Source: a virus (lineage: Duplodnaviria > Caudoviricetes). From it: a stretch of DNA of 64,000 nt. Positions within the stretch are counted from its first letter, which is position 1; each line of letters begins with the position of its first letter. The stretch lies in IMG/VR virus record IMGVR_UViG_3300032327_000792. One strand, given 5' to 3'. Positions 29,204 through 38,748 of the stretch are shown piece after piece. The translations under genes were made by a program, and so were the position numbers. The notes below the pieces were generated by a model, which saw only the letters and a program-made list of their open reading frames with translations, was not told where the DNA came from and made no database searches.

Positions 29204-29756
29204 GCAAGTTCATATGCAAAGTCACCAGCATTGCATATCCCAGGCTGTGAGCTTTTTTAAACACAAATCCTCGACTGGCATCGCCATCCCAAACTGATTC
29301 AAATACTTCGCTCCAGGGTCGACCTTGCAAATGAGCCTTGCCCGGCCTAATGATTGAGATAAATGCTGCCATTCTAGGTATCGAATCTGGCTTCATTTGT
29401 TTCAGTAATTCTGCGTAATTGCCCACGTGAACCAGTTGTTTGACCCACTCTATATCTGTCCACAAGCGTGCCCAATTGGGTTCTTTGTTCAACATAGTTT
29501 GATAATGCTCGGGACTCTTGACCAGATTGTACACACTCATATTGAGCAAGTCTATTTTGAAGTAGCCACGTTGTTCAGCTGTTTCATAGTCTATGGCCGC
29601 ACACTGATTCACTGGATCGTAGGGTATGCCTGTGACATAAACACCTGAGTTATGACGGCGTACTTGCCCTTGATGCATTTGTCTGGCCGGAATAGCCTGT
29701 ATCAACTTTAACAGTTGATCTCTATCGGCCAAGTCCAAATCAATATCTGCACTCAT
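29178..29756 (-). CDS. Minimal DNA polymerase III alpha (DnaE)-like catalytic protein
   Basis: DIDLD, YFKIDLL, IIRPG and FKKAHSLGY motifs in DnaE order within 192 aa. Confidence 0.8.
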   Translation of the reverse strand: MSADIDLDLADRDQLLKLIQAIPARQMHQGQVRRHNSGVYVTGIPYDPVNQCAAIDYETAEQRGYFKIDLLNMSVYNLVKSPEHYQTMLNKEPNWARLWTDIEWVKQLVHVGNYAELLKQMKPDSIPRMAAFISIIRPGKAHLQGRPWSEVFESVWDGDASRGFVFKKAHSLGYAMLVTLHMNLLSQPAEPV

Positions 29757-30427
29757 TACCAGCCTGCTTTCTTTAGTATATCTCTAGCGTATTCACGATC
29801 TGCCATGTAATCGGAGAACTTTTTGGTCCATACTTCCGAGTCAATATAAGGCCAAACCATGGCAACTTGTGTAGCGTCTAGCTCACTTAGAAATTTCTGA
29901 CCCGACTCTGAATTGTACAAAACCCAAGGGCTGATACGTCCCGACGTTACAGCATAGGCCATGGCATTTGAGTTGCCATATCTCAAACAGTCATGCGCCG
30001 GATGTCCGGATTTTTCGGCCCAGTCCATGCCAAACTCAATGGCACGAGCCAGGGCATCATTGATATTTTCCACTCGCAAATAATCCAACAGGTACTCTGT
30101 GTAGATCGAATCCTTGCACCAATGATCAATTTTTTTGTTTTGACGGATTAGCCACTCAGTGAAACGCATAGGATTGATTGCTCGTATGGCCACACAGTGT
30201 CTGCCAAACTTGACAAATGCACGATAAAAACTTGACTCTGCAAAGTCATCAAACGTTTTTAGTTTGGCCGAACCTTGAGTTATTTCGTAGAACTTTAGAT
30301 ATGCCTGAAGACCCAGTTGCACACCGCGTTCGTTGCATTCTTGATGTCGACGTCGGGGCTCACACACGTGAACCGCTAGTGTACTTTCTTTAAGGAAATC
30401 TTTTTTGCAATATCTACATTGATACAT
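29756..30427 (-). CDS. Hypothetical protein with N-terminal C2H2-like zinc finger
   Basis: YQCRYCKKDFLKESTLAVHVC. Confidence 0.7.
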   Translation of the reverse strand: MYQCRYCKKDFLKESTLAVHVCEPRRRHQECNERGVQLGLQAYLKFYEITQGSAKLKTFDDFAESSFYRAFVKFGRHCVAIRAINPMRFTEWLIRQNKKIDHWCKDSIYTEYLLDYLRVENINDALARAIEFGMDWAEKSGHPAHDCLRYGNSNAMAYAVTSGRISPWVLYNSESGQKFLSELDATQVAMVWPYIDSEVWTKKFSDYMADREYARDILKKAGW

Positions 30428-30876
30428 TATTTGTCGTTGCCGTGTGCCTTGACGTAAGCATCAAGTTCTTTTTTGGTAGTGATGGCCGCTAGCACTGCCA
30501 GCTCATCGGATTTCATGTTGGGGAATAATTCTGCCAATTGTTTCTTCATGGCACTGGCTCCAGCACTAGTTTCTTTCTTTTTGGGTGCAATCCAGTTGTG
30601 TCTGTGAATGCCCATGCCGGGACTGACTGCTGTGGCCATGAGCCACTGTAATTTAGGATGACGACTCAGTGCAAAGAAGTGCTTGTTGAGATAGTGATTG
30701 GTGCTTTGCACATAGTATTCCTGCATCTCACGGGAACCTTGTATGCTGGATCCCCACCGTAGCATCAAGAATGTTGAGAACTTTTTGCGTTCTTCGTCAG
30801 TTAAGCTATCGTAGAATGTTCGATCCTTGCGGTCAAACACACTCATCTCGTTGGCAATGTTTAGTCGATCACTCAT
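30427..30876 (-). CDS. Possible clamp-loader small subunit (T4 gp62-like)
   Basis: Size and FSTFLMLRW / HFFALSRH / WIAPKK pattern resemble gp62; recalled similarity only. Confidence 0.45.
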   Translation of the reverse strand: MSDRLNIANEMSVFDRKDRTFYDSLTDEERKKFSTFLMLRWGSSIQGSREMQEYYVQSTNHYLNKHFFALSRHPKLQWLMATAVSPGMGIHRHNWIAPKKKETSAGASAMKKQLAELFPNMKSDELAVLAAITTKKELDAYVKAHGNDK

Positions 30877-31114
30877 CTTTGCTTAAATTGTATAGCATTA
30901 CGCATTGTTCAAGAGCTGTTTTCAATGCGGAATTGGTCTTTGCGGCTTCGCATATTTTGTGCCAGTCCACTGTGGTTCTATAAGGATCGTAATCTGCACC
31001 GCTTTCATACCCAACAACTCGCCGAGTACTGGGGTCAGCACCATGTTCGCGAGCATAGACTATGCCGCCAGCTCGTTCGTAAATCAATGTTGCTCCGGGT
31101 GTAAGTGTGCCCAT
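30869..31114 (-). CDS. Hypothetical protein
   Basis: ORF packed in operon. Confidence 0.65.
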   Translation of the reverse strand: MGTLTPGATLIYERAGGIVYAREHGADPSTRRVVGYESGADYDPYRTTVDWHKICEAAKTNSALKTALEQCVMLYNLSKDE

Positions 31115-31115
31115 G

Positions 31116-31616
31116 TTACCAAGCCTTGTTGTAGTCTACAATTTCACAGTTACGACTGATGTCTTTGACAAAGTAAACACATTCTGGCCGTTCACTGTCG
31201 TCCAACGGAACACACAGCATCTGTCCGTTTTTTAGTTTGGGAGCATACCAACTGACTTCTTGGTATACGTCTATAATTTCAATGTCTGGAAAGCTGGGTC
31301 TAAAACTGCTGAGTGGATTGAACTGAAATGCTTTGAATCCGCGATCGTTGATTGATGTCAAAGGCAACACTTCTAGATCACCCAAGTCTGGCTCACCAAT
31401 CAAGATTTGCCAGTCTACGGGCATTTTGATTTTCTTGTTGCCAATGCGCAACACCAGTGCAGGAGCATTAAAACTCTCTAAAAATATCAACGGAATGTAG
31501 TGATAATCGGGATCAGCTGGTGTGCTGTTATCTAAGATAGCAAAACGCATGTCATCTACTTCTTCCGGCAAATGATCAAGGTCAAAGCTCTGGTCGTCTA
31601 AGGTTAATATTCTCAT
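31116..31616 (-). CDS. Conserved hypothetical protein
   Basis: ORF directly downstream of a sigma70 promoter. Confidence 0.75.
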   Translation of the reverse strand: MRILTLDDQSFDLDHLPEEVDDMRFAILDNSTPADPDYHYIPLIFLESFNAPALVLRIGNKKIKMPVDWQILIGEPDLGDLEVLPLTSINDRGFKAFQFNPLSSFRPSFPDIEIIDVYQEVSWYAPKLKNGQMLCVPLDDSERPECVYFVKDISRNCEIVDYNKAW

Positions 31617-31622
31617 GTTTAT

Positions 31623-31651
31623 ATAATATAGGATTGTTGATCAAAAGTCAA
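31623..31651 (-). promoter_or_regulatory. sigma70-type promoter TTGACT-17-TATTAT
   Basis: Occupies the gap between uvsW and 31616. Confidence 0.7.
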
Positions 31652-31652
31652 G

Positions 31653-33128
31653 TTATTTTAACTTCATCCACTCAAGTTTTTCTTGTGTAAAAGGGTACTT
31701 GGCTTCTTTGTAAAACTGCTTGCGTTTGGTCAAATGACGTTTGGCAAACTTGCAGGTACTGGTTAAATCCCAGATCTGCACAAAGTCTTTGTCTTCGGCT
31801 TTTCTAATACCTCGTCCTATGCTTTGAATTACCCGAACAAAACTCTTGCCAGGTTCCACCAGCACAAGATTAAATATGCGAGGAATATTGATACCCACAG
31901 CAGCCACTCCGTAGGTGGCCACAATGATTTTATCATTGACGTCTGCCACTTCATCGTATTCTTCCTTTCGGTCCTTGGCCTTGGTAGCACCCGACACAAA
32001 CACAGCACGTTCACCTAGTCTCTTGACCAGCTCTTGCCCAGCGGCCACACGATCTACCAACACCAGAGTATTTCCAGTTTCGTTTACTCGAGCAATCACA
32101 CTGGCCATAGCATCCAATCTGCCAGACTCTTCCAACAGGTATTTTAATTCACTTTGATAGTTTGAGTATTCTACATGATCCTGTAACTGCACAATGTTCA
32201 CGTGACAATTCGATAAGTGGCCCATTTCTTGTAGTTCGCTGGCTGCCAATCTTGAAATTACTGGACCAATACTGACATGTAGGCTTTGGAACTCAAACTG
32301 TTCTTTGGGCACAGTACCGGTCAAGCCCCAACGAATAGGAATACGGCTCATTACACCTGTGAGCAATGACTTAAGAGCATCCGCTTTGGCCATGTGTACT
32401 TCATCTACCATAACACATACCACATCCTCAATAAACTCTGTGATTGTGCAATCTTCTGCGGCAGAACCCTTCTTGGTATTCTTCAGCAACACATTCAAAC
32501 TTTGCCAAGTACAGATGGTATGTGTGCGTCTCCACTCTTTTCTATCACCAAAGTAAACTCCCACATCCAAGCCCATGTTGCGATAGTCATCTTCTGTTTG
32601 GGTTACTAGACTTTTGTTGGGCACAATCACAATGGTACGCCCATAGGGTTCACATCGTTGACTCAAGGCCGCTGTCATAATTGTTTTGCCAGCGCCAGTG
32701 GCAATCTCTTGCAAGCACTGTGGATTTTTTAAAAAGTTGTTGACTATGGCGCATTGGTAGTCACGCATCATTATGGGTTTGCCGGCGGCAGGATGCTTCT
32801 CGGGCCATAACACATGAGCAAAACTGTCTTCGGCCACAGGTTCAAAGTCAAACACAGTCTTGTATTCGCGTTGATCATCTAGCTCAATGTCGTAGTTAAA
32901 CTGTTCTAGTATAGGAATAATCTCGGGCAACAAGTTTACATAAGTGCTACCGCCCAGTTGAAAATAACTGACTTTGCCATCCCACCGTCCCAGTCTCACT
33001 GCCGGAAGATATCTAGCATAAGGTACGTCGTATTTGAATTTGTTAACCAGAGCTTTGCGTGCATCAAGTTCTAGTCCTTCAATCTTGATGTTTACTTCGT
33101 CTCTGATTATAATTGTTGCTGTTCTCAT
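31653..33128 (-). CDS. uvsW: UvsW-like SF2 DNA helicase
   Basis: ATGAGKT, VDEVH, GLTGT, QSIGRGIR. Confidence 0.95.
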   Translation of the reverse strand: MRTATIIIRDEVNIKIEGLELDARKALVNKFKYDVPYARYLPAVRLGRWDGKVSYFQLGGSTYVNLLPEIIPILEQFNYDIELDDQREYKTVFDFEPVAEDSFAHVLWPEKHPAAGKPIMMRDYQCAIVNNFLKNPQCLQEIATGAGKTIMTAALSQRCEPYGRTIVIVPNKSLVTQTEDDYRNMGLDVGVYFGDRKEWRRTHTICTWQSLNVLLKNTKKGSAAEDCTITEFIEDVVCVMVDEVHMAKADALKSLLTGVMSRIPIRWGLTGTVPKEQFEFQSLHVSIGPVISRLAASELQEMGHLSNCHVNIVQLQDHVEYSNYQSELKYLLEESGRLDAMASVIARVNETGNTLVLVDRVAAGQELVKRLGERAVFVSGATKAKDRKEEYDEVADVNDKIIVATYGVAAVGINIPRIFNLVLVEPGKSFVRVIQSIGRGIRKAEDKDFVQIWDLTSTCKFAKRHLTKRKQFYKEAKYPFTQEKLEWMKLK

Positions 33129-33949
33129 TGAGTTAGTCGGTTAGGGTAGTTGTTATTTTTAAATCTTTGCTGTAACTCGTCGAAGTTCAGTATGCGCCCA
33201 ATGGGTATTTTAGCACTCATTTCATCGGGATGCCAATCAGTTATTCCCCAATGTTGGCACCATTGGTCCTTATACAAAGCAAACCATTGTATAAAATCAT
33301 CAGGAATAGGTTTAGGACTTGTGGGTTGCATTGCTATGTTTAATGTAGGAATAAGATTTATCCAGGGCTTACAGACCTTGCACATAAAATCAATGTCATT
33401 GGGTTCTTGATCAAAATAGTACGTCAATGGATTCTTTCCTAGCTCTTGTTCGGTTAAAAAGCAAGTGCCCGGGATAACTGAGTGTACTGCGTATTGTAAA
33501 TAAGATCTATCAAACTTTTTGTAAAGCAATCCGGCATCGTTACGATAGTTAAACAAGATCACTGATGGTTTATTTCTGTGCTGGTTGTGTGTTTCTAATA
33601 GATGTATTGTGTCGTGGGCATAGGTCCACTTGGTATAATGTTTACGATCCTGCGTGTTACACTGTTGAAAATAGATGTCGTGTAAATAGTTTAGATAAGT
33701 TTGATTGTGTAGTTGATTAATGTCAACATCGATACCCAATTCAGTGAGCTGTGCTTGTAGTAATTGTTGAGATTGTTCAATATCATTGTTCAATGGATGG
33801 TAAGGTGTTTCTCGCGGACCAAACAATAAATCCAGTTTCTGAAGTCTACGTATGCAAGAATAATAAAAATCTGCCACTGGATTATTGGCTAACTCTAAGT
33901 CAACTGTTGTGCCATCTGTCCATTTTATTTTTAATAGTTTTGCTGTCAT
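33125..33949 (-). CDS. Hypothetical protein (AT-rich insert upstream of uvsW)
   Basis: 274-aa ORF with own promoter, ATGA overlap with uvsW. Confidence 0.7.
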   Translation of the reverse strand: MTAKLLKIKWTDGTTVDLELANNPVADFYYSCIRRLQKLDLLFGPRETPYHPLNNDIEQSQQLLQAQLTELGIDVDINQLHNQTYLNYLHDIYFQQCNTQDRKHYTKWTYAHDTIHLLETHNQHRNKPSVILFNYRNDAGLLYKKFDRSYLQYAVHSVIPGTCFLTEQELGKNPLTYYFDQEPNDIDFMCKVCKPWINLIPTLNIAMQPTSPKPIPDDFIQWFALYKDQWCQHWGITDWHPDEMSAKIPIGRILNFDELQQRFKNNNYPNRLTQ

Positions 33950-33955
33950 TGATTA

Positions 33956-33984
33956 AGTATATACTTATCTAATACAAAAGTCAA
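33956..33984 (-). promoter_or_regulatory. sigma70-type promoter TTGACT-17-TATACT
   Basis: -35 overlaps the U-tract of the upstream terminator. Confidence 0.8.
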
Positions 33985-34014
33985 AAAAACCGGCACCTTT
34001 TTAGGGGCACCGGT
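33983..34014 (-). terminator. Rho-independent terminator after the AAA ATPase
   Basis: Minus-strand 9-bp stem ACCGGTGCC/GGTGCCGGT with G-U pairs, then a U-tract. Confidence 0.75.
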
Positions 34015-34054
34015 ATAAAATGAGCAGTATCTCTACTGCTCTGGAGCTAACCAA

Positions 34055-35083
34055 TTATGTTGCTTTCATACAAGTTACGCGAGCCATGTCTCTCCAACGA
34101 AGTGCAAAGCTCTTGCGTAATTGTGCTATCTTGATTGCCATACGTAGCGACACTTCACGCAATGAGTTCTTGTGCTCTTCCAAAAACTCAATCACTTCTG
34201 TCTCTGCTTCTTTGTCTAAGTCCATGTTTTCAAACAATGCACCGTCAGAAGCAATTTGTTTGATACGCAAGATCTTGTCACGCATGGTGTCCAGAGTCAA
34301 ATCCAAATAGTGACAACGACTTTGTAATGCATCCAGGTGATCCTTGAGCTTTTGGCTTTTCATCTTGTCAAACTTCAAGTTTGTGATAAAGATGATTGAA
34401 CCGTTGAAGTTAAACGAATCCGGAATTCCTTCACGACGCAAACTGCTGGATTCTGATAACCATGAAATCTTACGCTTGGAACCAGAGTCCAACGCACCTT
34501 TCAACAAGTTAAGAGCCACGTCATCTACCAAGATTGAGTCGCAATCATCAAACACCAACATACAGTTCTTGTCAGAATACTTGTACAATGTTTGATACAG
34601 GCCAATAGGTGTGGCACTACCTTTTACAACTTCTGCTCGCAATCGCTTGCCTGACAACTTGTCAAACAAACAGGCCTGTTCCACAATCTTTTCTACACCA
34701 TAACTTTTTCCCACGCCCGGGGGTCCTGACACAATCATGGCACGGATGTCGCCTGTGGTTGCTGCCTTGGTCATTTCGTCCAAGATTTGAAAACGGGTAC
34801 GAATGCGTTCAATGGCTTGCTCATCGGTTTCTTGTACAACTTCTGTATGAGCCATTGGTGCTACAAATTCACCTACAGGAACTGATTCGGCAGTAAATTC
34901 AACGTCTTCAATTGAGTCTACTTTGACACGCACTTCATCAAATTCTGGCCCAAAGTAGCCATCTGATTTAACTGTGACAAAGTTGCCCTTGGCTCCAGTT
35001 TGAAAACCTTTTACCAATTGAAAACTTACATTGGCCACAGGCTTGTTCCTATAACTGCCTGATTTAATTGTAATTGTTGACAT
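34055..35083 (-). CDS. AAA+ family ATPase
   Basis: Walker A GPPGVGKS, Walker B VFDDCD, sensor FITN, ALQSR; start moved to MSTITIKSG (AGGAG RBS, promoter). Confidence 0.85.
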   Translation of the reverse strand: MSTITIKSGSYRNKPVANVSFQLVKGFQTGAKGNFVTVKSDGYFGPEFDEVRVKVDSIEDVEFTAESVPVGEFVAPMAHTEVVQETDEQAIERIRTRFQILDEMTKAATTGDIRAMIVSGPPGVGKSYGVEKIVEQACLFDKLSGKRLRAEVVKGSATPIGLYQTLYKYSDKNCMLVFDDCDSILVDDVALNLLKGALDSGSKRKISWLSESSSLRREGIPDSFNFNGSIIFITNLKFDKMKSQKLKDHLDALQSRCHYLDLTLDTMRDKILRIKQIASDGALFENMDLDKEAETEVIEFLEEHKNSLREVSLRMAIKIAQLRKSFALRWRDMARVTCMKAT

Positions 35084-35116
35084 CTTTTTAGCTCCTACTT
35101 TAGTTAATATACTAGT

Positions 35117-35145
35117 ATTGTAACGCTGATGCCGTTTCTGGTCAA
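35117..35145 (-). promoter_or_regulatory. sigma70-type early promoter TTGACC-17-TACAAT
   Basis: GGTTGACCAGAAA identical to the promoters at 2755 and 3234. Confidence 0.85.
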
Positions 35146-35231
35146 CCAGAGTTGTCCATAGATCGCGCCTTAGTTTATAGCTGCGTAAGTGCTTGATTTT
35201 TAAGCGTTTTTTTATTGTTCTTTTGTTGCAG

Positions 35232-35567
35232 TTACGCAACACCGTAATACATCGCATCTAATTCTGCCATTGCTTCTGCTTGCTCACGCTCGCGTTCTTG
35301 GGACAACCACTGAGCTTGTTGGGCTAATTCTGGGTTGGGTTCTTCGATGATCCAACCTTGCTCACGCAATTGCTCACGACCTTCAAATGTCTGTTTGAGC
35401 TGGTCCATTTGATCGTGTAAAAGATTGATTTGAATCACTAGATATTGTTTACTGTTCCACTCAGTGGCGGATGCAAATCTTGGACGGAAGCCGTTGAAAT
35501 CTTTGTGTAAATCACTATAGTAACCCTGTAATTCTTCTACTGAAAAATCTTTAAATTCACGTACCAT
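35232..35567 (-). CDS. Hypothetical early protein
   Basis: Start moved to MVREF (GGAG RBS, promoter upstream). Confidence 0.75.
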   Translation of the reverse strand: MVREFKDFSVEELQGYYSDLHKDFNGFRPRFASATEWNSKQYLVIQINLLHDQMDQLKQTFEGREQLREQGWIIEEPNPELAQQAQWLSQEREREQAEAMAELDAMYYGVA

Positions 35568-35597
35568 TGTTAGCTCCAAAATCTAATTTATAACAAC

Positions 35598-35626
35598 ATT
35601 GTAACAAAAAGTCTGTTTTTGGTCAA
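35598..35626 (-). promoter_or_regulatory. sigma70-type early promoter TTGACC-17-TACAAT
   Basis: Immediately downstream of the terminator hairpin. Confidence 0.85.
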
Positions 35627-35630
35627 CCAT

Positions 35631-35658
35631 AAAAAAACCCTTGTAAAAACAAGGGTTT
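35631..35658 (-). terminator. Rho-independent terminator
   Basis: 10-bp stem AAACCCTTGT/ACAAGGGTTT, 4-nt loop, U-tract on the minus strand. Confidence 0.85.
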
Positions 35659-35679
35659 GTGATGTAATATTTTGTAGTA

Positions 35680-36396
35680 TTACGGAAGTGGTACGCCTGG
35701 CGCAATTTGAAGAGTAGCCGAAAATACATCCCCAGCTGACAATTCCCACCACCATGGTCCATTCAAATTTCCTGTACGATCAATGGGTTGGGCAACACCG
35801 TTGATAGTAGCATTGGCCCAAGTGTTACTCACTGAATCAACAAAATCGGGTAATGCTCCAAAGCCGTCGGGCCCCGAACTCAACTGGTTAATCACTGCGT
35901 TGTGAGCATTGATTATAGCCTGAACATCTGCTGGATACGGAAAACTAGTAATTGCTTGTATCTGTGCTATTTCTTCAGCGGAAAACGGAGGATTTGCAAT
36001 GTCAATTGTTACTTGTTGTTTTTGGGCAACTGTTGAATTTGGATCTGTAACAATGGCCTGTTGTGCTGGGGTCAATGCTGGGTTAAAATGCGGATCTAAA
36101 ACATAGTTTGAAATAACTGAGCCGAACCATAATGGGCCACCCGATGCCTGAATGGTTAAAGTTGCAGTACCATTATACTCAACTGGCTCGCTGATGCTGA
36201 ACAATGCTGTTTTTGATGATTCTAACTGTTGTTGTAACACGCTACGTGCATCCACGGAAACGTTTGTAACACTGATGTTTTGGTCGATTGTAGGAATTGT
36301 ACCATTGTGTACAACATTTCCGTTCAATGTAGCCACTACTGATACAGGTGTTGGGTTGTATCCTTGTCCGATTATATATATGGTTCTATTAGTCAT
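35680..36396 (-). CDS. Putative structural/late protein
   Basis: GGAGG RBS, TAAATA at 36414-36419, own terminator. Confidence 0.6.
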   Translation of the reverse strand: MTNRTIYIIGQGYNPTPVSVVATLNGNVVHNGTIPTIDQNISVTNVSVDARSVLQQQLESSKTALFSISEPVEYNGTATLTIQASGGPLWFGSVISNYVLDPHFNPALTPAQQAIVTDPNSTVAQKQQVTIDIANPPFSAEEIAQIQAITSFPYPADVQAIINAHNAVINQLSSGPDGFGALPDFVDSVSNTWANATINGVAQPIDRTGNLNGPWWWELSAGDVFSATLQIAPGVPLP

Positions 36397-36453
36397 GGTC
36401 TTTCCTCCATGTTTATTTATGCTGCAGATTTATTTTTGCAATCAATTGCAACA

Positions 36454-37260
36454 TTATTTCCAATTTTTTATTACCACCAAATCCTGTGTTTGATCTGGTT
36501 TGGGATCCCCGTGAAATACCAATATAGCTGTACTGTCATTGATGTTGGTGCCCGACCCTGGAGATTTCCACATTCTACGCTTGAAATCATATCCGCCATC
36601 CAAGCACTGCCAGCGCCAGCTTTTTACCAGATCTGTGTTGAAATATCTACGTTGTTGCTCCGTAATTACAGAATTAATGTAATCTTGATCTCCGTGAAAT
36701 CGTTTTATTGTTTGTGCTAGATCTAACTCTTGAAAATTACGCCATACCCAGTCAAACTGTGTGGTATCCCACCACATTATACTGGAATTAATTGATTGAT
36801 ACATTGGACGCCAAATATGCTTGAAGTCTTTGACCGCCCAAAAATGTCGGAGTTTTAATTGCCAGATCCAGTCTATGTTTTTTGTGATGACCACGTCTAA
36901 ATCAAAATATAGCAACGAGCCACGATGGTGCTCAGTGTTAAACAATTGTACTTTGTACCACCATGCTTGTTTGGGTTCAGTGATGTTCCAATCAGTTAAT
37001 TCGTGCTTGATATAAGGTGTCGGAACTGTTCTATTGCTTTCTGTGTAAACATGTAGACGCACCGGGCGAGACAGGTTTCGAGATAACATGTTATACAAAG
37101 TATCGACATATTGCCAATGATATTTGTTGCCATGGATTACACAAGCACAGTCAATAGGAGTAGTAACAGTTGGAGTTTCCAAACACGTGGGTGCAACAAC
37201 TACAGGACCATCTTTGCTGTGTCCTTTTAATTGGCGTTTTTGTTCTTTGCTTAGTGTCAA
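36454..37260 (-). CDS. GT-A fold glycosyltransferase (GT8-like)
   Basis: YFDLD DxD, NSSIMWW, GDQDYI, VFHGDPKP; start probably TTG 37260 or ATG 37290 rather than 37530. Confidence 0.75.
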   Translation of the reverse strand: MTLSKEQKRQLKGHSKDGPVVVAPTCLETPTVTTPIDCACVIHGNKYHWQYVDTLYNMLSRNLSRPVRLHVYTESNRTVPTPYIKHELTDWNITEPKQAWWYKVQLFNTEHHRGSLLYFDLDVVITKNIDWIWQLKLRHFWAVKDFKHIWRPMYQSINSSIMWWDTTQFDWVWRNFQELDLAQTIKRFHGDQDYINSVITEQQRRYFNTDLVKSWRWQCLDGGYDFKRRMWKSPGSGTNINDSTAILVFHGDPKPDQTQDLVVIKNWK

Positions 37261-37300
37261 GATTCTATATTTACCGTTATATACGCACATAAATATCTTT

Positions 37301-38065
37301 ATGAAAAAAATTGTATTGGTAACAGGTGGGTTTGACCCAGTCCATAGCGGACACATAGCGTATTTTAAATCTGCACGATCAATGGGCGATATGCTGATTG
37401 TGGGCTTAAACAGTGATGAATGGTTGGAACGCAAAAAAGGTCGAGCATTCATGCCCTGGAACGAACGTTTGTGTATTGTCAATAACTTGGCCATGGTCGA
37501 TGAAGTGTACACATTTGATGATGAAGACAACAGTGCCCGACATTTTATTCAACAGGTGCGAGCACACTACCCTGCGTCAGAGTTAATTTTTGCCAATGGC
37601 GGTGACCGAACTCAAGACAACATACCAGAAATGGATGTAGTAGATTCAAATTTGACTTTTGCGTTTGGAGTTGGCGGATTCAATAAAGCTAATTCTAGTT
37701 CGTGGATCCTTGAAGAATGGAAAGCACCCAAGACAGAAAGACAATGGGGATACTATCGAGTGTTACACGAAACTGCTGGTATGAAGGTAAAAGAACTCAC
37801 TGTGAATCCTGGATGCAGTTTAAGTATGCAACGACACTGGAAACGTGCTGAGTATTGGATTGTGAGTGAAGGTAGTTGCGTAGTCAACATGCGGATGGAT
37901 GGCGGCTATCAGTTGCCCAGTGTTCAATTGAACAAACACCACAGCCACAAAATACATGTTGCTGAATGGCATCAGCTGACCAATCCTGGTGATGTACCGT
38001 GTAGAATTGTAGAAGTGCAATATGGTGAAAACTGCCGTGAAGAAGACATTGAAAGACAAGCATGA
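37301..38065 (+). CDS. Cytidylyltransferase-family (HxGH) nucleotidyltransferase fused to a mannose-6-P isomerase-type cupin
   Basis: VTGGFDPVHSGH, GLNSDEWL, NGGDR, NSSS; C-terminal WGYY...SMQRH...EYW...HQL cupin; start moved to MKKIVL. Confidence 0.88.
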   Translation: MKKIVLVTGGFDPVHSGHIAYFKSARSMGDMLIVGLNSDEWLERKKGRAFMPWNERLCIVNNLAMVDEVYTFDDEDNSARHFIQQVRAHYPASELIFANGGDRTQDNIPEMDVVDSNLTFAFGVGGFNKANSSSWILEEWKAPKTERQWGYYRVLHETAGMKVKELTVNPGCSLSMQRHWKRAEYWIVSEGSCVVNMRMDGGYQLPSVQLNKHHSHKIHVAEWHQLTNPGDVPCRIVEVQYGENCREEDIERQA

Positions 38066-38748
38066 TCCCTATTCCAATCTTTGTTGGATATGATCCGAGA
38101 GAAGCTGTGGCCTATCATACCTGCGCTAACTCAATTATTAGACAGGCCAGTCAACCTGTGGCCATTGTGCCTTTGGCATTGAATTTGTTCACGGACTACA
38201 ACGAAACACACACAGATGGTAGCAATCAGTTTATCTACAGTAGATTTTTAGTTCCGCATTTAATGGGCTACTCGGGCTGGGCTATCTTTATAGATGGTGA
38301 CATGATTGTGCGTGACGACATTGTCAAACTTTGGAACTTACAGAAAAGCCACGTTGACGTTATGGTGGTCAAGCATGATTACAAAACACGAATGACTGAA
38401 AAATATCTTGGTTCCAAGAATGAAGACTATCCACGTAAAAATTGGTCGAGTGTGATACTGTGGAACTGTGCCAATCATCCCAACAGAAAGCTAACTCCAG
38501 AATTTGTCCAACAAGCCACTGGAGCATACCTACATCGGTTTAGTTGGATTGACGACAACCGTATTGGAGAACTACCTCCGGAATGGAACTGGTTGCCCGA
38601 CGAATACGGTGCCAACCCCGATGCCAAACTGCTACACTACACACTGGGTGCACCATGCTTTCACGAGTTTGCCACAACACCACAAGGTGACGAGTGGCAT
38701 CGCGAACACATGTTGGCTGACTATTGTTTGCAACGATCTACAGATTAA
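38062..38748 (+). CDS. GT-A fold glycosyltransferase (GT8-like)
   Basis: FIDGD DxD, NWSSVILWN, EWNWL, LLHYTLG. Confidence 0.8.
   Translation: MIPIPIFVGYDPREAVAYHTCANSIIRQASQPVAIVPLALNLFTDYNETHTDGSNQFIYSRFLVPHLMGYSGWAIFIDGDMIVRDDIVKLWNLQKSHVDVMVVKHDYKTRMTEKYLGSKNEDYPRKNWSSVILWNCANHPNRKLTPEFVQQATGAYLHRFSWIDDNRIGELPPEWNWLPDEYGANPDAKLLHYTLGAPCFHEFATTPQGDEWHREHMLADYCLQRSTD

Noticed and set aside
31116-31616. Possible stand-alone Hint/intein-like fold
   Set aside because: Only a vague beta-strand pattern; no N-terminal Cys/Ser nucleophile or C-terminal His-Asn, so it cannot be supported without a structure search
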